DNA of 64,000 nucleotides, from NCBI GenBank assembly GCA_040387495.1, contig JAZKDQ010000001.1, positions 186,001 to 250,000 on the forward strand, in the 5' to 3' direction. The position numbers and the translations under genes are program-made. This DNA comes from Pseudomonadota bacterium. Its GTDB lineage: Bacteria; Pseudomonadota; Alphaproteobacteria; Paracaedibacterales; CAIOTO01. Below, piece after piece: positions 39,324 to 47,152 of this stretch. Within the stretch, counting starts at the first letter, position 1; every line of letters starts with the position of its first letter. Under the pieces are notes generated by a model. It saw only the letters and a program-made list of their open reading frames with translations, had not been told where the DNA came from and did no database searches.

Positions 39324-39779
39324 ATGGCACAAAAAACAACAAATAAATCGGCACGACATAGTGCACGAATTGCGCTTGTTCAGGCGCTTTATCAGTATGA
39401 ACAAACAAAAGCAAATACAACAGCAATCGCACGTGAGTTTATTGACCATCGTTTTGATAAAACGGATCAGGAATCAAGCTATTTTTCCCCAGATCAGTCT
39501 TATTTTCAAAAATTAATAGAAGCTATTCCATTAAAGATTACAGAAATAGATGAAGAAATTCAAAAATATCTTCAAGAAAATTGGAAGATGGATCGTTTGG
39601 CTGCTGTTGTACGATCATTGTTAAGGTCTGCATGTTATGAGTTGATGTTCGAACCATTAGTACCGACGCCTGTTGTGTTGAATGAGTATATAGAAGTTGC
39701 ACGTGAATTTTTAGATGAACGTGAAGTTAAGTTTGTGAATGGTATTTTGGATAATATAGCGAAGAGCGTGCGTACTTAA
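39324..39779 (+). CDS. nusB: Transcription antitermination factor NusB
   Basis: RHSARIALVQALYQ, LRSACYEL, VVLNEYIEVA, FVNGILD. Confidence 0.95.
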   Translation: MAQKTTNKSARHSARIALVQALYQYEQTKANTTAIAREFIDHRFDKTDQESSYFSPDQSYFQKLIEAIPLKITEIDEEIQKYLQENWKMDRLAAVVRSLLRSACYELMFEPLVPTPVVLNEYIEVAREFLDEREVKFVNGILDNIAKSVRT

Positions 39780-39820
39780 GTAAACGCCATTAAAACATAA
39801 TCTTTGTAGGGAAAATTTCA

Positions 39821-40378
39821 TTGAACGCAAAAAAAATCATCATCATTGTTGGTATTGTTTTGGCGCTCATTGGTTCTGTTGTTGGTGGAATATGGGCTTT
39901 TAATAATTTACGAAGCCCTGAAATATTTGAATTTGCACCTGATCCTGGTGATAACCCAAAAGCACAGAAAAAAGGTGGCAATAAAGAGTCATCAGAATCT
40001 GACATTAAGGATGAAACCCAGAAACGCGAAGATGCATTGAAGCTTTTTCTCGAATTCCCTTATTTTCGTTTGCCATTGATTATTGTTCCTATTGTGCGCG
40101 ATGGCCATGTACATGCATACCTACATTTACGTATTGCCATGAAGGCAAATGGACGTGAGGGCTTTAGGCGAGCAAAAGTATTGCTACCTAGACTTGTAGA
40201 CGGTATCTATAGTGATTTGTATAAATCTTTTGAGAATCTATGGAATACACGTTCCGATCCTAAAGTTTCTGTTATTAAAGAACGTATTTTTTATGCCACT
40301 GAGAAAGTACTTGGTCATAAACATATAGAAACAATTTATATCAGAGAAATTATTTTTAAACGGACTGTAATGCAGTAA
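39821..40378 (+). CDS. FliL-like single-pass membrane protein
   Basis: KKIIIIVGIVLAL..GG TM, charged linker, YFRLPLIIVPIV, PRLVDGI, IKERI....EKVLG...IETIYIREI resembles alphaproteobacterial FliL-family proteins; TTG start; 3' end overlaps asnB. Confidence 0.6.
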   Translation: MNAKKIIIIVGIVLALIGSVVGGIWAFNNLRSPEIFEFAPDPGDNPKAQKKGGNKESSESDIKDETQKREDALKLFLEFPYFRLPLIIVPIVRDGHVHAYLHLRIAMKANGREGFRRAKVLLPRLVDGIYSDLYKSFENLWNTRSDPKVSVIKERIFYATEKVLGHKHIETIYIREIIFKRTVMQ

Positions 40379-42281
40379 ATGGTTGTGTGCGCCAGCTTTG
40401 CAACATTAATATAGCCCACAATCTCGCTTGATCATTTATTGCACCTGATTTGTGTAGCTGCCAAGAACGTCGCACCAAATCTGCATCACATACGTCTTTT
40501 AAGGATGGATCAAACAATAAATCTTCAGCCCAATTCACTAGATCACCACGTAGCCATTCATGGAGAGGCACACCAAAACCCATCTTCGGACGATCAAACA
40601 TCTTTTTAGGAATGTAATCTTCAAGAATACTTTTTAATGGTATTTTACCATTATTCCCGTTGGATACTTTCCATTTTGTGGGCATACGCCATGCCATTTC
40701 AATAAGACGATGATCAAGTAATGGAACACGTCCTTCAAGACTGACAGCCATCGATGCGCGATCAACTTTTGTTAAAATATCGTCTGGTAAGTATGTGTTC
40801 GTATCGATTAACTGCATTTGTTCCATGACGTCTAGGTTCTTATTGTTTGTGAAATAGGAATCTAGAGGCATATCAGAATAACTAGGTCGTAAGGTGGCTT
40901 GATTATGCCATAACCCAATAAAGGCCTGATAACAGTCTTGCATGGAATCAGATTTTAACAAATTACCCAATGTATTGAGACGTTGCCCGAAATTTTGCAC
41001 ACGGAAGGATGGCGGCATGATTTTCACAAGACGATCGAGCATATGCGGGGAAAGGTTTGAGATAAGGTTGCCAATGCTACCTGAGAAGGGAATACGATTT
41101 TTCATTGCCCATAACTGGTTCAATAAGAAATATCGTTTATATCCACCAAAAACTTCATCGCCACCATCGCCTGATAGCACGGCTTTTAACGTACCACGTG
41201 CTAATTTTGAAACGAGATATGTTGGAATTGCTGATGAGTCAGCAAAAGGTTCGTCATACATAGCAGTCAAATGCGGAATTACATCTTGTGTTTCTTTTAT
41301 TGTGACATAGAGTTCGTGATGGTTCGTTCCAAGGTATGCTGCGATCTCTTTTGCACTTTCAGCCTCATTAAAGTGTTTTTCATGAAAACCAATGGTAAAT
41401 GTAGAAATAGGACTGGTTGATTGGCTTTGCATCAACGCTGTTACAAGTGATGAGTCAATCCCTCCTGACAATAATGTTCCGACAGGAACATCTGCATGCA
41501 TGCACCTACGTACTGAATCACGAAGTAATCCGTGGAATTCATCGCGGTGATCATTAAAGCTTCCTGTTAATTTAGTTTGACTGCTGACATCATCCATTGA
41601 CCAGTATTTTTTTTGTGTAATTGTACCGCTGTTGAAAGTCAAAATTGTAGCGGGTTCAAGTTTGAATATGTCTTGATAAATGCTCATTGGAGCTGGTACG
41701 TAGCCATAACGAAGATAAGCCGACACTGCCTTTTGGTTCATTGATGGGCGGTCTGCGAATAATGGCATAAGTGCTTTTAACTCTGACGCAAAAGCAAGCC
41801 CTTCATCAAAACGCATCCAATACATCGGCTTAATGCCAACACGATCGCGTACTAAATGCAAGGTTTTCTCTTTATTATCATACACTGCAAAGGCAAACAT
41901 ACCGTTTAGTTGCTTAACGGCTTCTTCAACACCAAAGGTAGCAACTGATTCAAGAATCACTTCTGTGTCGGAGTGCCCACGTAAATTTATACCCTTAGCA
42001 TTAAGGATTGGACGTAGTTCCTCATTACTATAGGTTTCACCGTTATACACAATTACATATCGACCACAGCCTGATACCATGGGTTGCGCGCCGGCTTTTG
42101 TAAGGTCAACAAGTGCTAAGCGTCTAAAGCCAAAGAACAGCCCAGGTGCACCGCTTGCATTTGTTTTATACATTCCTTCATCATCAGGGCCACGATGCGC
42201 AATTGAATCAACCATGCGTTGCAGTATTGATTGATCTGTGGAAATTGGTTTTTTTGAAATGATGCCTGCGAATCCGCACAT
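40356..42281 (-). CDS. asnB: Asparagine synthase (glutamine-hydrolysing) family amidotransferase
   Basis: MCGFAG, HRGPDD, RRLALVDL, YNGE, RDRVGIKP, LSGGIDSS, LSGDGGDEVFGGY, LTKVDRASMAVSLEGRVPLLDH; next to a sugar epimerase, so probably a surface-polysaccharide amidotransferase. Confidence 0.92.
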   Translation of the reverse strand: MCGFAGIISKKPISTDQSILQRMVDSIAHRGPDDEGMYKTNASGAPGLFFGFRRLALVDLTKAGAQPMVSGCGRYVIVYNGETYSNEELRPILNAKGINLRGHSDTEVILESVATFGVEEAVKQLNGMFAFAVYDNKEKTLHLVRDRVGIKPMYWMRFDEGLAFASELKALMPLFADRPSMNQKAVSAYLRYGYVPAPMSIYQDIFKLEPATILTFNSGTITQKKYWSMDDVSSQTKLTGSFNDHRDEFHGLLRDSVRRCMHADVPVGTLLSGGIDSSLVTALMQSQSTSPISTFTIGFHEKHFNEAESAKEIAAYLGTNHHELYVTIKETQDVIPHLTAMYDEPFADSSAIPTYLVSKLARGTLKAVLSGDGGDEVFGGYKRYFLLNQLWAMKNRIPFSGSIGNLISNLSPHMLDRLVKIMPPSFRVQNFGQRLNTLGNLLKSDSMQDCYQAFIGLWHNQATLRPSYSDMPLDSYFTNNKNLDVMEQMQLIDTNTYLPDDILTKVDRASMAVSLEGRVPLLDHRLIEMAWRMPTKWKVSNGNNGKIPLKSILEDYIPKKMFDRPKMGFGVPLHEWLRGDLVNWAEDLLFDPSLKDVCDADLVRRSWQLHKSGAINDQARLWAILMLQSWRTQPFTALQSV

Positions 42282-42318
42282 AGTTTAGAGTCCTGTTTTT
42301 GTTTTAAAGAAAGACGAA

Positions 42319-43284
42319 TTAAACACGATAATAATCACGATACCATTTTATGAAATTTGGCACGCCTTCGCTTATATTTGTTTTTGGTGTAAAGTTGTAG
42401 TCAGTCACGGTTTCGCTAATATCAGCAATTGTTCCTCGGACGTCACCTTTTTGCATAGGCTCAAATCGAATTTTTGCTTTTTTGCCAAGTGTTGATTCAA
42501 TTGTTTGGATATATTCCATCAACGTTTCAGATTTGTCATTGCCAAGATTATAAATCTTATGTGTGCCTGGTTTTCTATCTGCTAAAACGCATGCGATTGT
42601 TCCGTTTACAATATCATCCACGTAAGAAAAATTTCGATACATATCACCGTTATTGAACACGGGAATTTCTTCATCATTCAAAATAGCTTTTGTGAACATA
42701 AATAAAGCCATATCTGGGCGACCCCAAGGACCATATACTGTAAAATAGCGAATTCCCGTTAGGGGCAGCTTGAACATACGTGAGTAACTTTCAGACATTA
42801 ATTCACATCCTTTTTTACTGGCCGCATATAAAGAGACAGGGTTGTCTGTTCGGTCATGAATTGAAAAAGGCATTTTTTCGTTGGCACCATAAACAGATGA
42901 AGTACTGGCATACATCATGTGCTTTAGGTTTGGCAAAGTTCTTGCTAATTCTAGAACGCATAATTGTCCCATTACATTTGTTTGCACGTAGATATATGGG
43001 TTAATGAGAGAGTAGCGAACGCCAGCTTGGGCTGCTAAGTGAATAATGTGAGTAATGTTGGGAAAATCATGTCCCAAAATCGTCATTGCATCTTTATCAG
43101 AAACATCTGCTTTCCGGAAAGTAAAATTAGGATATTCCTTTAGCATGTCGAGACGTGCTTGTTTTAAGGATACATCGTAATAATCACTTATGTTATCGAC
43201 GCCAAGGACTGAATGGCCGCTTTCAAGGAGTTTTCTGCACATATGAAAGCCAATAAACCCAGCACAACCGGTAACAAAGATCAT
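42319..43284 (-). CDS. NAD-dependent epimerase, UDP-glucuronate 4-epimerase-like
   Basis: VTGCAGFIG, HLAAQAGVRYS, SLYAASKK, RYFTVYGPWGRPDMA. Confidence 0.92.
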   Translation of the reverse strand: MIFVTGCAGFIGFHMCRKLLESGHSVLGVDNISDYYDVSLKQARLDMLKEYPNFTFRKADVSDKDAMTILGHDFPNITHIIHLAAQAGVRYSLINPYIYVQTNVMGQLCVLELARTLPNLKHMMYASTSSVYGANEKMPFSIHDRTDNPVSLYAASKKGCELMSESYSRMFKLPLTGIRYFTVYGPWGRPDMALFMFTKAILNDEEIPVFNNGDMYRNFSYVDDIVNGTIACVLADRKPGTHKIYNLGNDKSETLMEYIQTIESTLGKKAKIRFEPMQKGDVRGTIADISETVTDYNFTPKTNISEGVPNFIKWYRDYYRV

Positions 43285-43594
43285 ATTCCCTCCTTTTTTG
43301 ATTTTTTTGCAATTTTAAGTTTAAACCATAGCATGAAATATCTATGTGATGGGAGAGTGTTTTTAAAAACGAGAGCCAGCAGCGGGATTAAAATTAAAAT
43401 ATAAATCTTTAATGAACATCTCAGGCGCAAGCAGCGGGGTATCAAGTGGGCATCATTTTACGGATAGGCTTACTTATGAAGGCAATTCGCCCCAAGCGGC
43501 GGGGAATTTAACCCATCGGGGATTAATAAATTGTTAATTGTTTGTGTGATATTAATATATATAAATAATTGTGTCTGTTTTGAGGGTTTGTAGA

Positions 43595-44341
43595 ATGTTT
43601 AAGTTGAAATTAATTGGGCTTTGTTCAGTATTGCCATTTTTACTCACTGGTTGTGCTGACGTTGAAAAAACGAGTAATACCCCACGATCGTCAAATCAAC
43701 ATGAAGTGTCAACAAGTCATAATCAACAAATTAAAGATATGATAAAGGAAATGATTGGCGATAATGATAAGTTTATGAAAACGCATGAAAAATCATATTT
43801 TGAACCATTTATAGATCATCAAACACCAAGAGCAACTGTAGTTGCATGCTCAGATTCTCGTTTTCACACCCATGCAATTGATCAAACACCTGACAACGAT
43901 ATATTCTTTGTTCGTAATATAGGTAATCAATTGGCAACAGGTGAAGGTTCAATTCAATATGGTGTTGAACATTTGAAGACACCACTTTTGATGTTTATTG
44001 GTCATACAGCGTGCGGAGCAGTAAAGGCAGCATCCTCTGATTATTCTGCTCTTGAAACGCCTATACAGTTGGAATTGGATCACTTGCAATTAGTTAAGAA
44101 AGAAAAACCAACAGAGGCTGAATTAAAAGATAATGTTATCTTAAATGTTCACAATCAAGTTGCAAAAGCAATGATTAAGTTTAAAGAGCGTGTTCAATCA
44201 GGCAGTGTTAAAATTGTGGGTGCTGTTTATGACTTCCAAAATAAATTTGGTCAAGGGTATGGAAAACTTGTAATCATTAATGTGAATAACATGAAAGATG
44301 AAAAAGAAATAAATAGTTTTAAGAATGTAATTCTTAAATAA
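43595..44341 (+). CDS. Beta-class carbonic anhydrase with a lipoprotein signal
   Basis: ACSDSR, FFVRNIGNQ, GSIQYGVEHL, GHTACGAV zinc ligands; lipobox LLTGC; ATG at 43595 after GAGG. Confidence 0.9.
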   Translation: MFKLKLIGLCSVLPFLLTGCADVEKTSNTPRSSNQHEVSTSHNQQIKDMIKEMIGDNDKFMKTHEKSYFEPFIDHQTPRATVVACSDSRFHTHAIDQTPDNDIFFVRNIGNQLATGEGSIQYGVEHLKTPLLMFIGHTACGAVKAASSDYSALETPIQLELDHLQLVKKEKPTEAELKDNVILNVHNQVAKAMIKFKERVQSGSVKIVGAVYDFQNKFGQGYGKLVIINVNNMKDEKEINSFKNVILK

Positions 44342-44390
44342 AAAATTAAATTTCATATGAGAGATCTATATTGCATTGCACTGAATGCTT

Positions 44391-45446
44391 TTAGATCTCT
44401 GATATTTTTACTACCTTATGCATTAATGTCGGCATTCCGTATTTTGATAAATCACTAGGTGCAACCCATAACCCTGAAAGTGGCTCTATTGTTTCAGCGC
44501 GCACAATGGTTAATTCTAAATCAAAGTGACTGAATACATGCTTGATTGGCTTAACGTATTGTTCTAGAACAATCAAATCTGGCAAATCGACGGGGTCAAA
44601 ATCGAAACATGTCGTTGGAAATATAAACATGTTTGAAAACAGGCCTTTATCAGGGCGTTTCATCAGTAATACGTGACCATCTTGGTTTGTTATGACATAG
44701 GCCGTTGCAACACGTTTTGGTTTTGTTACTTTTGCGAGTAGTATTGGGTACTGATCAACGGATTGCGTTTGATGCGCTTGGCAATCATGTGAGACCGGGC
44801 ACTCACCACATAATGGATTCTTTGGCTTGCAGACAAGTGCGCCAAGTTCCATCAATGCTTGTGCGCTGTGTGTATTGTCTGCATCACCTGCAAAAATATG
44901 AACAGCCTCTTGTGATTGTTCTTGCAGCTTTGTGCCCTTAGGTTCTGCAATTGCAAATAAACGTGACATCACGCGCATGACATTACCATCAACTGGCATC
45001 GTGGGGTGGTCAAATGCGATGGCTGAAATAGATGCGCTAGTATAGGGCCCAATACCTGCTAGAGTTTTCAACGTTTCAATATCTTGTGGGAATAATCCTA
45101 AATCGCAAATTTGTGTGGCTGATCTGTGTAAATTTTTTGCACGTGAATAATAACCAAGCCCTTGCCATAAAGCGTACACGTCATCGAGTGGTGCAGTTGC
45201 AAGCTCTTCAATCGTTGGAAAGCGTACTATAAATCGTTCGAAGTATGGAATAACTGTTTGTACAGTTGTCTGTTGCAGCATAAATTCACTGACGAGAACA
45301 TGATATGGATTTGGTGTTTCGCCAATCTCAGCACGCCAAGGCATTTGCCGTTTGATCGTGAAATACCAATCTAAAAGTCTCTCCCTTAACGTGGACTTAA
45401 GTGGACATGTGACATCAGAATTGACAAAAACAGGTAAAGACGGCAT
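44391..45446 (-). CDS. mutY: A/G-specific adenine glycosylase
   Basis: RQMPWR, SEFMLQQT, WQGLGYYSRA, GIGPYT, VDGNVMRV, CKPKNPLCGECPVSHDC Fe-S motif, HVFSHF; start uncertain (45446 vs 45485). Confidence 0.95.
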   Translation of the reverse strand: MPSLPVFVNSDVTCPLKSTLRERLLDWYFTIKRQMPWRAEIGETPNPYHVLVSEFMLQQTTVQTVIPYFERFIVRFPTIEELATAPLDDVYALWQGLGYYSRAKNLHRSATQICDLGLFPQDIETLKTLAGIGPYTSASISAIAFDHPTMPVDGNVMRVMSRLFAIAEPKGTKLQEQSQEAVHIFAGDADNTHSAQALMELGALVCKPKNPLCGECPVSHDCQAHQTQSVDQYPILLAKVTKPKRVATAYVITNQDGHVLLMKRPDKGLFSNMFIFPTTCFDFDPVDLPDLIVLEQYVKPIKHVFSHFDLELTIVRAETIEPLSGLWVAPSDLSKYGMPTLMHKVVKISEI

Positions 45447-45456
45447 AAGTTGACTT

Positions 45457-45990
45457 ATGATAAACAAAAACTCTACACCAGGCATAGCCGATCGTACGCC
45501 AAAACGCCACGGAATTAATAAAATTTCTGTGATGACAAAGGCACTTTTGAAACCTCTTATTGATCGTTATGGGGCAGCATATGTGCAGGTATTATTGGAT
45601 TGGGCAAACATTGTAGGTCCGCGCTTTGCTGAATTATCGCACGTAATACATCTGAAATTTCCGGCAAATAAAAAGACTGAGGGTGTTCTGCAGATTCGCT
45701 GTATATCGGCAGCTATTCCTTTGCTGCAAGCACAATCACCGCAAATCATTGATCGAATTAATCGTTATTTTGGCTATAACGCTGTCGCACAACTTCGATT
45801 TCAGGCTGGCTTAGTTATTAAAAAACTTCCTGGCAAAGCTATAGTTCAAAAACCGCTTCCACCTGAAACACAAACAAAAATAGAATCTATAACAAGTGGG
45901 GTTTCAAACGATACCTTGCGTGAAGCTTTGCAACGTTTAGGTGCAGGCATTTATCAAGAAGAGGAACTAAATCGTGCTAAAAAAGGCTGA
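45457..45990 (+). CDS. DUF721/DciA family protein
   Basis: WANIVG, GVLQIR, LQAQSPQIIDRINRYFGYNAVAQLRFQAG, LREALQRLG; divergent from mutY as is common in alphaproteobacteria. Confidence 0.8.
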   Translation: MINKNSTPGIADRTPKRHGINKISVMTKALLKPLIDRYGAAYVQVLLDWANIVGPRFAELSHVIHLKFPANKKTEGVLQIRCISAAIPLLQAQSPQIIDRINRYFGYNAVAQLRFQAGLVIKKLPGKAIVQKPLPPETQTKIESITSGVSNDTLREALQRLGAGIYQEEELNRAKKG

Positions 45991-47152
45991 CCTGATTTCT
46001 GTTTTTGAGAAAGCATGCAAACCAAAAAAGGCTTTTCGCATCGGTGTTGAGCATGAACAGTTTGTGTTGCGCGCTGATAACACGCGCGTGCCATATGCTG
46101 GGAAAAGTGGTATTAAAGAACTTTTGACGTTCTTTAAGCAATTTGGCTATGATAAATCGCTTCATGAAAATGGCAAGTTGATAGGATTGCATGATCCTAT
46201 TAAGAATCAATCCATCAGTTTAGAGCCTGGCGGCCAGTTTGAACTTGCCGGTGCACCGTTAAGGACGCTGGATGAGGTTCGTGCAGAATTAACCCTGCAT
46301 CATGAACGTTTGACTGCCGCATCAAAAGCACTTGGAGTGTCATTCTTAGCAAAAGGCTTTGATCCTTATAATACCCGCGATTCTATCCCTTGGATGCCCA
46401 AGGAACGTTATGCGATTATGCGTCGCTATATGCCAACTGTTGGCACGATGGGGATAGACATGATGACACGGACATGTACGGTGCAGGTGAATCTTGATTA
46501 TTCATCCGAACCTGATATGGTTCGCAAGATGCGTGTGGGTATGGCGCTTCAGCCATTGGTGGCAGCATATTTTGCGAACTCAACGTTAGTTGAAGGAAAA
46601 GACTCTGGATACAAGCAGTATCGAAATTTGATTTGGCAAAATACGGATCCTGATCGATCTGGTATACTGCCTTTTGTGTTTGATGATGATTTTGGTTTTG
46701 AACGTTATGTGGATTACTTGCTTGATATCCCTATGTATTTTATTAAGCGTGATGGCCAGTATTTTGATATGACTGGCCAATCATTCATCCATTTTATGAA
46801 TGGAGTTTTGCCTGGATTTGAAGGTGACTTTGCAACATTAGCTGATTTTGAAGATCAAATATCGATCGCTTTTCCAGAAGTTAGACTTAAACGCTTTATT
46901 GAACTCCGCGGCGCTGATAGTGGTGATATTGAACATATGATGGCTGTAACATCATTTTGGGTTGGGTTGTTATATAATAAGGCCTCACTTGATGCGGCTT
47001 TTGATATAGTGAAACAGTGGAGTTATGCAGATGTGCTTGGTGTGTACAAGCGTATTCCGCAAGAGGGTGCTGATGCTGTATTGTGTGGTGAGACCGTGGC
47101 GTCTTGGATGCAAAAGTTTATGGAAGTGATATCTCGTGGGCCAGATTTATAA
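45974..47152 (+). CDS. gshA: Glutamate--cysteine ligase (alphaproteobacterial/plant type)
   Basis: RIGVEHE, SLEPGGQFELAGAPL, MPKERYAIM, MM.RTCTVQVNLD, FPEVRLKRFIELRGAD. Confidence 0.94.
   Translation: MLKKADLISVFEKACKPKKAFRIGVEHEQFVLRADNTRVPYAGKSGIKELLTFFKQFGYDKSLHENGKLIGLHDPIKNQSISLEPGGQFELAGAPLRTLDEVRAELTLHHERLTAASKALGVSFLAKGFDPYNTRDSIPWMPKERYAIMRRYMPTVGTMGIDMMTRTCTVQVNLDYSSEPDMVRKMRVGMALQPLVAAYFANSTLVEGKDSGYKQYRNLIWQNTDPDRSGILPFVFDDDFGFERYVDYLLDIPMYFIKRDGQYFDMTGQSFIHFMNGVLPGFEGDFATLADFEDQISIAFPEVRLKRFIELRGADSGDIEHMMAVTSFWVGLLYNKASLDAAFDIVKQWSYADVLGVYKRIPQEGADAVLCGETVASWMQKFMEVISRGPDL

Noticed and set aside
40356..43284. asnB plus epimerase as a lasso-peptide or other natural-product cluster
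   Set aside because: AsnB has a full Cys1 glutaminase domain and no precursor or B protein is nearby; it fits polysaccharide amidation.
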